The position numbers were made by a program, and so were the translations under genes. Under the pieces are notes generated by a model. That model saw nothing but the letters and a program-made list of their open reading frames with translations, ran no database searches and was not told the DNA's origin. A stretch of 64,000 bases of DNA from NCBI GenBank assembly GCA_044892525.1, contig CM097886.1:22010001-22074000 (forward strand), in the 5' to 3' direction. The stretch is from Schmidtea polychroa (taxonomy: Eukaryota). Shown here piece after piece: positions 49,501-61,711 of this stretch. Each line of letters begins with the position of its first letter. Positions within the stretch are counted from its first letter, which is position 1.

Positions 49501-52500
49501 TTCATAACAAAATAAATTTTGTTTATAAAGTACTACAGCAGCGCTGGCAAACCTTTTTCAGATTTTTACAAACCAAAACATTCTCGCATGCCAAGAATTT
49601 TTTTTGGTTAATGTGCGTTATACTGTGCAATTAAAAATCGACTGTATCTGAATATTTTATAAATTTTTTTGTCTAAACTTTCTAAACTGCACAAAACGCA
49701 CTGAAAATTGTTCAAGGATTGCGTTGATTGTCTCTAAAAATACCAAGATCTGAGTTTCGTTAACAACTGTTTCATGGATTTCTATATCAGTATAAAAATT
49801 TTTAAGTCTTTGAAAATATTGAAACTCTTGTTTTTCCAAATTACGTTTGAAAATTTTCAACTTCTTTTCAAAAGAGGTTATAATTTCAAAAGCCTCATCA
49901 ACTTTTTTTCCAAAACCTTGCAATGTAGTGCAATGTAAAATCTGTAAAAAAAATTAATCTGTTGAGCCAGTACGCATCAGTTAATTCTGAATACTTCTGT
50001 TTGTTGTCATCAATAAACATTCTACAAAACGTCCCAGCACACAACCTCACTATTGTACATTAGTAACCCAGAGTAAACTGATTGGACTTCATTTAACAGT
50101 AGCTCAAATTTTCGCTTATTTAAAGTAATGAAATTTACAATTTTTGTTACAATTTTCATAAAATCTTCAGGTTCCGTCAAACCGGATTTTGCACACAGAG
50201 CTTCTTGGTGCACAATACAGTGAAATGCTAACAGTGGGTGTCCAAAATGTTTTGTTAACAAATTCACAAAACCTGCATCTTTTCCAGTCATACTTAGTGA
50301 ATTATCAATAGTTACAGAGACTATTTTTGTACATCTAAATCTGCATTTTTCAGTTCATTTACGACTTTTTGGCATACTTCTGCACCATTATTGTTCCAGA
50401 TAAATTTGCTAATTTTTTATTAGTTACTCGTGCATTTCGTTGTTTTTCGGATATCTAGGAATGATGGCTAATCAAGCTGACGATGTTACATCAGTACTCT
50501 TGTCCAGGCAAATAGAAAAGGCTTGACATAACTTGATATCCTCTTTTAATTGATTTTCAATATTTGAATTCAAGTTAATTATTCTCTTTTTTACTGTATA
50601 CTGACTAATTGGTAGATCTTTTATTCACTGGAGAATTTTGTCTTTATTTTGAAAATCTTCAAACAAATACGGTGCACATTCTAACCAATATTCTTTGATG
50701 TAATCACCATCACTGAAAGGCTTGTCATGCCTGGATATTATTTTTGAAATTTCAAAACTTGCAGACATTAAGTTAGATCTACTTTTAACAAACTTTATAA
50801 AAGAACCGGATTGTAAATTTACATTTTTAACTGCGTGGTTTATACTCTTTTGCTACCACATCTTCTAAATTATTTTTTAAATCCGGTTCAAAAGTTAACG
50901 TCATAATTCCAAGTATTTATTTAATGAAATATTGTATAATTTTCAAACAAATTTTCAGCGTTGAATAAAATATTTTCAAAACCATTTATTAAAATTTTGA
51001 TATTTAAAATATATTTATTTAAAAGCTTGTTTAATTTTTCAATTTAAAAATTTAAAAATTATTTTAAAAGTTATTTTAATAGTCCATTATTTATCATTTA
51101 AAATTATATTAATAAATCATTGAAATATTTAATTCTCAGCTGAAAACACCTCACAAACACGACATTCTATTTTACAAAATTATTATTATTAATTTTTGAA
51201 ATATTTATAAAAAGAAAATTATCTTTTAATAATAATTATGTCATACAAAACATTCAACTAAATTAAATTAAATTTCAAGGACATTTATTTAAAATTTGTT
51301 AAAATGTAAATTTGAATTTAAAAAAATATCTTAAAATAAATTTATTTTTCCCTATATTCTCAATATGAAAAAGGCAGTGCCGAAAATTCGTGAATATCAA
51401 AAAAAACATCGATATCTTTACTGATTTATAGTAAAAAAATTTCTAATAAAATCTAATAGTCGTTCAGTATTTTTTACTTTTTACAGGTCAGACTCCTGAT
51501 TAATGCACAAGGTTAAATATGCCTATTTGGAATTGCACTTTTATATTTATTACTAAAATATATAACATTTAATGCTTTTTGTTTATGAGTAAATTTTAAA
51601 AATTTGTTATCGGTAAATATACGGTTTGAAAGTGATTTCTTCAATTTAAATCAGGAAATTATTGTAAGATTCGAAAAACGGTAAAAGACCGATCAGTGTT
51701 GACGATGATCAAATGAAGGTGTTATAGTCTTGGAAGATATAATGGGAGATTGCAACAGATTAGCTTACATTGGATACATAAATCAGTATAATTATTGCAT
51801 TATTACATATAACATTATTCGCGCATTATTAAAATAATAAATTAATATTATAAACGTTTATTAAATTCAACTTGTTTATTATTCAGTTTTATATTCTAAT
51901 TTTGGCTCGATTCGATTGACTTAACAATTTGCATATATATGCGATTCGGATGACAATACAATAATTCATTTTTATTTCACCATGAAAATAAAAAAAATAT
52001 TGAATTGTTGTAAGTTTTTAACTAAAAGTGTTTTCAAAGCATAATATTTTAATTTAAGGTTTTATAAAAATATTTTTCCTTGTTTTTCCTAAGAACTAAA
52101 ATGGGATAAAAGTATAGGGAGTATTAAGTGTTATAGTTATACCGTAACCAATATATCAAAATAAATAGAATAAATATTTATATAAAGGGAACAACTGAGT
52201 AAGTAATTTCACATCACATTTTTAGTTCTGAAATTAAGCGCAATAAGAAAAATTATTTTTCATTTGTTAATATATTCTAATAAAAGTTTGTTTTTAATAA
52301 TTTTTATTTATATATTATTATGCTGTAAGTTTACTATTGTAAAAAACGGTCTCGTTAAATATAATAACGGAATTTATAATTTAGAGTAAAATTTATTTAA
52401 TATTTTATCAGTAATAATAAATATCAGATGTATTTCATTTTCAGATGTATTATATTCGAAAATTAAAAAATCAAAAACTTAATATTTTTAACCGTACTAT

Positions 52501-55500
52501 AATTTTCAGATGTAATTACCATTTTGTTGTAATACTTGAAAACACCTTCACATTGATACCTTTCTGTAGTGAAAATACTTGATTGATCAGAAAATGTTTT
52601 CAAATAAACCGTAATCATTTCTTCCCATTTATTTCCACATACTAAATCAGTTATATTTGTTTGCATAATGATGAATTCTTCTATCACAACTATTGCCAAG
52701 ATATCAATATGTTCTATACCAAATATATAAACAATTATCACTAATGAATGTTTTTATAAACAATTATAACCAAAACTGATTATATTATGAATGTATCTTG
52801 ATTAGTAGAAGCTGTAAATNNNNNNNNNNNNNNNNNNNNNNNNNNNNNNNNNNNNNNNNNNNNNNNNNNNNNNNNNNNNNNNNNNNNNNNNNNNNNNNNN
52901 NNNNNNNNNNNNNNNNNNNNNNNNNNNNNNNNNNNNNNNNNNNNNNNNCATTGACATAAAATTTTGGTTTCGAAACCTATGCTAGAAATGAAATGGTGTG
53001 AAACATCTTATATAATCCCCTTATAATGACACATTTCTGATTAATTAATATAAATATCGTGATAATTATAAAAATATTTCCAATCCAAAACATGAAAATT
53101 AATTTATTGATATTGAGCATGAGATATTGATTGTATCAGTTATAAATAGAAATATTTCTATTAATTTATTGATTATTTGGGTTTTAATTAATATAATTAA
53201 TTTTTTCAATTAAATCATTAACTTGAATTTATTGATTGATTTTGATTTAAATACAAATAATATCTTGGATAATATCGCCATCCAATTTCAACATACCACA
53301 AACATTCAAATACTCGTTAAAAATTCAAATATATATACATGGGTTGCAAAATATTTTTAGTAATGTATTAATGTAGTTTTAATTAACTGTAGTGTATTTG
53401 TATGGTGAACGAACGGACAGGTCACTGCAGTAATGAAGGACATCTATAACAACAAATTTTTTATTAATTGTTTTCATTATATTTTTAAAATTTTACTATT
53501 TTCAATCAATCCATGGGGGTAAATGATCCCCTTGGCCTTCCCTGTGGGTGCCTATGTATATATATGTATACATGTGTGTCTTTACATTCTTTAAGTTATT
53601 CTACAGTTCTATTTTTCGGTTGCCATATTAATATGTAGCTCATTTTAAGGATATCTAATATTTTATCATCATTTATTATAATATTCTTTTATATCCATAC
53701 ATTATCGCCAATATAAACTTTCCAAATAGTTCATAATTCATTTTATACGATACATTTTATTGATTAATTTCAATTTATACGTTAATCCTTTCTTTTTCTT
53801 TATTTTTCAATTCTACGTTTTGCTTCATATTATTATATGACTGTCATTCTTTATATACATTTTGCTGTGCACAACTCCAGTTGGACTGAATCTTATTGCA
53901 CTGCAATTTCGAATTCAATAATCCCGATGGATGTTTAAAGTATTTTATCTTTTTTTATGCAAATTTGAACTGTATATCTTATAGTGCTAAATTGTCCTTC
54001 ATTCATTCCATTAACCGAATTGCACACGTACTTCAATGCACTATTTGAATTCAACGAATATTCATTAAGTTCTTAGTTGGCCCTTAGCACTGGTACCTTA
54101 TTTCACTGAAATTTGGACTGAAATTCGGTGTAAAACAGGAAATTAAATACAACTAAGATTTTATTGAAAATTACAATATTTTGATTTTAATAACCAGTAT
54201 TTTGTTGGTATTCTTGAAATACAAACTTTGAGAACAGTACGAAGCTTTCCCAGCGCCTGGAAAAAGTTCTTTGATTGCAAATGATTAATTTAGATTCGAA
54301 TAATTTTTCTGTGTCATAATGTATAAATGTCGGTGTTCCATTATTTAAAATTCAATTATCCTTTAAAACTGTAATGCCGTTCCTTCGTCATGTTTTTATT
54401 CTGTATTTAGTGAAATATATTTACTGAACGGATCCATTTTTACCAATATATTTTTCCAGCGAATTGAGGGTTTTAAAGCTTTATAGAAATCAATAAAAAA
54501 GTGTCAAATAAATTCAGATGTTGTTTAACTATAGTTTCTTTTCTCTTTGTGTTTCTTACAACCTTGATTTTTTATTTTTTTTCAATTTTTGACTCCCGTA
54601 TTCTCTTGTAACAGACCAAAGCCAAATTTCTAAAATCCCATTTCCCGCTTGCGTAACGTAACAATATTTCCCTGGAACTTTCATAACGTTTTAATAATAA
54701 TAATAACGTTTTAATATTAACGTTAATAATAACGTTTTAAGTAATAAATAGAAATACATTATTTATTTATATTTTTATTATTTTTCAATATTTCTATTTT
54801 TTTATCATTTTAAAAAGAAGTTCTAATACATTTTCATGATTTAACTGTTGGATGATTTGCTTTTTGTTTGTCATAAATGTTAATACTTGAAAAATTCCCT
54901 GTGAGGTCATCCATATTTCAAAAACATTTGTTCTCAGTTACTAAACAAAATTTGTACTCCCTCCCCCAAAACCATTACGGAATTTTCGAACGTTCCCGAA
55001 ACATAATCCTCAATTTGCTTTATACTTGTATAGCATAGCGTATGATAACTGTGCTTTATAAGTTGTCTACTTTTTCCTTGGTATCTATATGTCATTCTTG
55101 TTCGTTATATCAACATTGTTGTAAATTTTAAACTTTGTTTTTTCTCATTTAATATATTTTCTTTTATTCCATGAATTTTTAAAAAATTGTTTGATTGATT
55201 GAATGATTATCTCCTAATATCAAAGATAGTACTCGCTTTTTAAATCATTATTTCTAAGGTTTTTCATATCGTTAACATTATGTCAATGGTACTATATAGA
55301 GCTGCTAATTCGAGTTAATTTGGGCACTTGGAAATAAATTGAGAAGCTCAAAACTCGATCTTTTTGTTTGAAATATTCGAGTTATAAATATTATATAAAT
55401 ATGTACATTGAAGTTGTTACCGTATGTATATTCAGAATGTTCAATTGATAGATCCGAGTGACTTGCAGTTAAGTTTAAGCGGGGAAATGAGGATATTAGG

Positions 55501-56875
55501 TCCAGAACGCACTGAGTAGTTGTATTATAAGAAAATTGAATTTGGTAATCCTTTCATTCACCTCAACAGCTGAAGGTAGCTAATAATATTGTATAGAATA
55601 CTTCTAAATCGTTTTTAGCTGTTTTAAAACGAAATTTCTTGCTGTTAGTAAAATTGGCTTAATTAGAATTTATCATTTAAAATTTAATTTTTTTCTGATG
55701 AAAATATTTATTGAAATGACAAAAACCGAAATAGTAACTATAATATTCCTTACAGCCAATAGATCCGCTCTCCGTGGCGAAATCTTCATTATCTCAACAG
55801 CTTGTCCAACCGCAGATTCCATCAAACGTTGTAATTACTAACTCAAATATGATCAACGTCAACAGTGGAAGGATATCAACCAATTCGTAAGTTTTTTCGA
55901 AATTCTTAATAATCCAGTTTTTAAATATATTTGCTTAAAAATATCTTTAATCACTATTGAGAAAATTATCTTTTCACGAAAACAAGAGAAAAAAAGAAAC
56001 TATTATTAGACCAAATGTAACATTTTCGGAATTCTCCGGTGATTTGTATATAATAGCTTCGAATTTCTCTGGCAAACTATGTCGATATCTTTTCAAATTC
56101 TTCATTTCATTTTTTAATTTGCAAGTCTTTTTAAATATTAATAATAATAATAATAATAATTCAAATAAATTGTTTGCTGTGAAATATTTTAAGTGAAGTT
56201 TTTTCGACCTAAAATAAGTCCTGTTCATTAAACACGAAATTTTAGTAATCCTTTCTCAAATTTAATATTTGTTTTTGTTTGTTTTTACTTGGAAAAATAT
56301 CAAGTGGAAAATAAGAAAAAAATGAAAGCTTCAATTAGAGAGGAAGAGAGAGAAAGATAATAAAGAACCTATAAAAATATTTTGATTAACAAATTTCTTA
56401 AAAATTAAAGAATTTGCGAAAACAAAATTTTTTGTAAAATATCAAATTTTTCTTAAAAACCAAATTTGCAATTAATATCTAATCTAAAGTCAAATATTAG
56501 TTTGAAAAGTTTTCAAATTATTCAATACTTGATATTTTCTGAAGGTTGAAGAGGATTATTTAGTGAATAATTTTCATTTTTTTATTAAAAACCTTGCAAC
56601 AAAGGCTTTTCACATATTTTATTAGCAAACGATTAGTTTAATAAATTGAATACCATTTAATAAAGACAGGGCCGGAAATTTGTTTTATAAGGAAATATAT
56701 AAATTTTTAATCTAGTCGTAATGGAAATAAATGAAATATTAAAAAAAAGATTATATATGATAGTTTTATTTACTGTGCTTGTAAAAAAAGTTTCATATAT
56801 TTTGGTTGGACGGTATTTATGAAAGAAATTTCAATTTGATTTTTAATATATTTTTTTAATATATCACATAATAAT

Positions 56876-56916
<41 letters not shown>

Positions 56917-59382
56917 AGGAATTGCCAATAATGAGAGAGTGGTGGTGACAACTGATGCGGAAATGCAATGTTACAGCTCACATTTCTCACATAATAATTA
57001 TTATATTTCAGCATCTCTATGAAGCCCGAAATGTGTGTTAATCAAAATAGTGGACAGCAGTCTCTGATGCTCCCTCCATATCCTATGGATTCTTGTAATT
57101 GTTAGTTTTATTTTGTACATTTTCTGCCGGCATTTGCCAGGCTAATAATAGATTGAATTTTAATTATGCTTTGAATTTGATCATAGATTTGAAATTATTA
57201 ATATTTTATTATTATTTATTTGTTTTAATTGTTATTGTAAAAGTATTAATTTATATATTTATGATTTGTTTTAATAACCGGTCAGTCAAATGGCCTGTTA
57301 TTTTTTGAGTGACACGATTTAAAATTTGGACTATGAAAAAAATAATTGAGTACATAGAAATTGGACAAACGAAAGCAATTAGCATGATGGCTGCTGGCGT
57401 CATTATCAGAGATCCACTCAACACATGATTGCTGATGCTTGTGCTGGCGGAGGGGTCAAACATGAGAAATTGATTAAAAATTTTATTGTCACAACGGCCT
57501 ACTCATCAATAACAATAAACCCCATGACAATAGGATATTTTTAACATAAATCCCACTTAGGAAATCGCTACATTTTATCACACTTCCGAAAATCAGAAAT
57601 TGAGGATTGCTTCTATTTTGCAATTTTTTTATGTTTTATGTTTGTTAATGTCTGTATTTTTGTTTTTAGAGGCATTTCTCTTAAATATATTTGCAAATTT
57701 TATTTTTCGTATTCTCAGAATTCACATAAAACCTTTGCATATTTACAGTGAACACTATAATATATACTTGTATTGTTGATTTTATTGTTACACTATTTGT
57801 ACTATTTGTCAAATGAACTAATTGGCATTTTTCTATTACGGACCGAGAGACGTGTCTAATGGTAGTGATCTATGGAATGTTTATTCATTATTTTGTACTT
57901 TATAAAAATATTTTAAACTTTTTAAATCTATAATCATATAGCTACACATGGCTCGGTTTTGTAGGAGTAAAATGAATGTTTCAAGATCCATAAATATTTT
58001 GTTTCCTATAGTTTTGTTTTGAGAGAATTACCGGCAAGACCTCACTTGTAGTCCTTCATATATAATGTGAAGAATAGTGCGTTCGTGTCTGTGAGTAAAT
58101 TATTCTTCCCATTTTATATTGAACTGAGATTACTCAAGCAGTTTGTCAGAATATGATATTGCATTGCCATTCATTTTCAAAATATTTTCCCCATCTACTT
58201 CTAATTTCCTCTACCTTTTGTAGTTATCGATAGTAGATTTATCAGTTTCATAGAGTTAAAACTTCGGTGTTAAGAGTGATGTGCATAATGAATTCAAGTT
58301 CCAAGCGTCACCTTTGAAAATCTGGCCAACATTTAACTAATATTGAAAATATACTATAACAAAAACTGTATAAACCGTATAGGGATTTTCAGTTTTAAAA
58401 TTTTGTCAATAGACTTCAGAAACTATTGAAAAGTAAGTCAAATAGTATCAATAATAAAATAAGTTTTTATATTATTAAGCACATGGGATTACGCAATTAC
58501 TGATTAATTTATAAATTTGATTATTTTATATTAGAAATTTGTTTAATGACCAATGTAATTTTGGTTTGTCAAAATATAGTATTCATTTATTAAATAAATA
58601 TTTTAATATTTAAAATAAATTTAAAAATTGGTTTCAAAACTTATGTATGTATTTTTTTAATATTGATGTATGTGCGGCCCGCGGAAGATTCAACATTATT
58701 TTTATGGCCCGAAGTCCCAAAAAGGTTAAACAGGCCTGATTTATTTCTTTATTTATTTTATAATAATAATCATTATTAGTGTTATTATTATTATTATTAT
58801 TAAGAGTCCACGTAATGTTGAGAGCCTATTGATTATAAAAATTATATTGATTATTGACCGATTTATCACATTTCTGCGACAATATTTTATCGAGTTTCCT
58901 CCATCAGCAGCAGTAATCGAAATCTCTTGAAATTCAAACCAATAAAATCCATTTCATCTCAGATCAACTGAGATTGTTGTTGGAATTAAAAATAAATTTA
59001 TTTCCTGGAAATCCCGATCATAAACTGGCTATAATTAAATTGATATGGAAATGTGTAAATTATTATCCTCAATTTCCATCTAATATTTGAGATTATCTTG
59101 ATTAATTCATTCATCTAGCTACATTGTGGCCGTCACCATTTTAATATTGTTGTTTTCCCTTTTATGACTGTACTAGAAATTAGTCTCCCCACTACCGCCT
59201 TAATGGAATATTGGGTTCAGAGATCGGGATTATGAAATCAATTTCACTAATACTTGATGATTGCACTGCTGTTCGTCCCATCATTTTATTTTTAGTAGTA
59301 ATACGCATTTTAATTTTTATCATCTTTCCAAGCTTGCGTATAAATTGGCAATTTTTTTTGATGACATGCTGGATTAATGGTG

Positions 59383-59448
<66 letters not shown>

Positions 59449-60814
59449 TTCGACTATAAAATCTTTTTCAATATATTGTAAACATAGATGATGTTGTTTG
59501 AATATTTGCATTCTTTTGCTTTTCTTGTTCTTTCCAAATATTAATATTCAAATAATTAAAACGGAAAAATATTTAGAGAATTTAATTTCTAAAATATACA
59601 ATGTCCTTACTTTAAAGTTATTTTAGTATAATAATTTCTTTTGATTTGCATCTCTGATTTCTTTTCATTTTAAATTGATAATAAATTTATTAAAAACTTG
59701 ACTATGAATCAATAAAGATATCGATGTTTTTTATATTTTTATCGATTCACAGTCAATTTTTTAATAAATATAATGCTAATTAAAGTTATTGAATTAAAAA
59801 GAGAGTTTGAAGACTATAAATCAGTAATATATCGATGTTTGTTGATACTCACGAATTTCTCTTTTTAATTCAATTGATAAAACAATCAGTGGTGAAATTG
59901 GAAGAAATAAAAGTTCTTATAATAATTAAAGTTATATTTTTAAAGTACGAATAAGCAAATGTTTGATTCGCCAAAGTCAAATTTGTGGCATTTAATATAA
60001 ATACGGGATTATTAGAAAAGAGAAAAGAAACCCCATTTAATCTGCAATTCTTTACTTCTTATTTCTTTTTTGAACAATACCATATTTTATGTTATCTTTA
60101 GAAATAAATCTAAATTGGTTTCAATAAGAAAAATTACGAAACTGGTTAAATTATTAAGACTTCTCAATGTAAAGAGATAGGTTTGTTATTTTAAATGAAA
60201 ATTCTATATTTTATCTAAAAGTATTATTGGTATATATGCCATTCGGACACTATAATTTCAATAATTCGAATTATAAATTTGACTTTCAAGGTGTTTCGAT
60301 ATTTAATCCACATTTAATAAATTAATGTTGAATTCTACTTATGACTAGCTTTGATGAGCAGCTCTCAAGTCTCTCCGATGGCGAGTGTCGGCAAAATCAC
60401 TCAGTATAGTTCCACGCCATCTTCTCAGTACCAGTCAGGTTTACCTACTCAGCATTCATCTCAAGCAATGCAGCCAACGAACAACTTATTCCCAAACGGA
60501 GCTCCAATCAGACGAACTGTGAACGCTCAACAAAACTTACGACCGCCAAGTTTATATTACATATGATTTAAATGAATGTCAATAATGGGTTTTTATAAAA
60601 AGGTATTATTTCTGAAGAGGAAGCGAAAAAGGTTAAAGAAGAAGTTAAAAGGCTTAAAGAAAAATATTTTAAAAAGTTAACGATTATTCTTGAAAATCCG
60701 AAAAATGTCTCAGATGATGAAATAAAAGTTTGGACAGTTCTCAAAACTCTACTGGAAAATCCGGATTCCATACAGAAGCCTCTATCAATGAGGCACATTA
60801 GTAAAATTGAACAG
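34174..60814 (+). CDS. MED15: Mediator subunit 15, 5' part (continues beyond the hAT insertion / window)
   Basis: Phase-consistent exons 34174-34223, 34335-34419, 34495-34531, 35281-35469, 48851-48918, 55756-55886, 57012-57094, 60349-60549, 60603-60814. KIX-like N-terminus MNNLLTPELRQKCLDKI...LLEKMCFEKSNNRYEDYLKLIHALLA; DPLNALQNLT (human DPMNALQSLT); Q/S/P-rich middle; helical domain EEVKRLKEKYFKKL...VLKTLLENP...PLSMRHISKIEQ. Confidence 0.85.
34770..35166 (+). CDS. Candidate alternative first or cassette exon of MED15 (N/Y/Q/C/G-rich low complexity)
   Basis: Stop-free 132-codon ORF in intron 3, in frame with exon 4; phase-1 donor T|GTAAGG at 35167; internal phase-1 acceptor TTCTCAAG at 34875. 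Confidence 0.55.
36050..36935 (+). mobile_element. Penelope-like element remnant (RT C-terminus plus GIY-YIG)
   Basis: PFLDLFIQR; FSCNGCNAKYIGEIARHLCTRVPEH; EALLIRNLIPIFNIQ. Confidence 0.8.
39299..39369. mobile_element. 71-bp piggyBac-like mini element
   Basis: TTAA|CACGTTGACTGC ... GCAGTCAACGTG|CTAA; perfect 12-bp TIR. Confidence 0.7.
44884..44927. repeat. Perfect (ATA)n/(TAT)n palindrome, 22-bp arms
   Basis: Read directly from the sequence. Confidence 0.9.
45658..47382 (+). mobile_element. Deleted hAT (ZMYM1-type) element retaining the dimerisation domain
   Basis: TIRs CAGTGCTGGACTGG / CAGGCCTGGATTGG (11 of 14); TSD ACCTGTAC / ACCTGTAA; TQVSCERSFSKFKYILNRLRNCLSQ. Confidence 0.85.
49539..50870 (-). 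mobile_element. Degraded hAT (GTF2IRD2-like) element
   Basis: Terminus CAGCGCTGGCAAACC at 49539; FSICLDKSTDVTSSA; FHCIVHQEALCAK; KIVNFI. Confidence 0.82.
51670..51790 (+). mobile_element. mariner HTH remnant
   Basis: RPISVDDDQMKVL resembles mariner GRPxxVDDDQLKALI. Confidence 0.4.
54280..55010 (-). mobile_element. Gypsy integrase/RT scraps
   Basis: MDPFSKYISL...DEGT; KDN*ILNNGTPTFIHYDTEKLFES parallels the integrase at 32035-32708; NMDDL near 54900. Confidence 0.55.
56877..56911. repeat. (TA)n microsatellite
   Basis: Read directly from the sequence. Confidence 0.95.
58040..58230 (-). mobile_element. Possible LINE remnant
   Basis: VEEIRSRWGKYFE resembles the LINE RWxEYF motif; single motif only. 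Confidence 0.3.
59383..59447. repeat. (ATT)n microsatellite
   Basis: Read directly from the sequence. Confidence 0.95.
60603..60814 (+). CDS. MED15: MED15 central helical domain exon (phase 1 in, phase 0 out)
   Basis: AG at 60601-2, GT at 60815; amphipathic helices matching the YLEKLKQL...MKSLLDILTDP...PLKTLQKCE region of MED15. Confidence 0.8.
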
Positions 60815-61284
60815 GTGAATTAAATTAAATTTAATATTTTTCTTTATGAATTAAAATTTAAAATCAAATACAGCCGATTTTTTTAATGTGCGATAAAATC
60901 AGAAACTGCAGGAACCCTAAAAATTTAGTACAGGTAAACCAGAAATAAAAGGTTCCTCATTTTTATAAGTGACCAGTTGAATTTCATTTCTAATTTGTTT
61001 TAATTTTTAATATATATTTATAAGGTTTAATAATTAGGTATTTTAAAATATGTTTTTCCTTGCTTTAGTTTTGATAAAGCTAAACATAAATAATGAAATA
61101 TGCAAAGTTTTTAGTGAATGTACGGTCAAAGCTAGAATTATTCAAATTAGGTTTTCAAGATTGTGGTCCAATAGTATAGGCTTAGAAAATGCTTCTAAAT
61201 CTTGAAGGCTTTCGAAAATCAATGAGAATTTATTATGAGTAATGTTACAAAATTTTCATTCACACATTACCTCAAAGTTTAAAA

Positions 61285-61384
61285 CAGGAATGTCCAAATT
61301 TAAGATATTCTGGTAGTTTTGTGGCCCAGTTAAATATTTAAGTTTGCAATGCGGCCCATTAAATTAAAAGCTTGGACATCCCTG
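61285..61384. mobile_element. 100-bp hAT MITE
   Basis: TIR CAGGAATGTCCAA / CAGGGATGTCCAA; flanks GTTTAAAA / ATTTAAAC. Confidence 0.75.
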
Positions 61385-61711
61385 ATTTAAACCAATGTTT
61401 TAAATTTTATGAAACGTTTAGAATTTGTCTCAAGGCTTTGCATTAGGGTAGTATTACATGAATTCGGTGGAAAAAATTTAGTCGATTGAGTTTCTATATG
61501 TTCTATAAACTAGAGTCGTAATAAAAAGAAAACGTTTTTGAAGGATACACAACATGAGATGTAAAATATATACTGTACATATTTTGAAGAAGTCCTATAT
61601 CTTGCCAAAACAAAGTGCATCATTCGATCTCACAAACTGCTATGTTATCAATAGGTTATGTTGTATTGCTGGTAATTAATTGCTCCTAAAATCAGGCAAC
61701 ATCGGTAACCC

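Noticed and set aside
51487-51512. Possible MED15 micro-exon (CAG|GTCAGACTCCTGATTAATGCACAAG|GT)
   Set aside because: Phase 0 in and phase 1 out would break the otherwise consistent exon 5 to exon 6 frame.
57270-57463. Tc1-like HTH words (QTKAISMMAAGVIIRD) and ORF 57251-57463
   Set aside because: One weak motif; too little to call.
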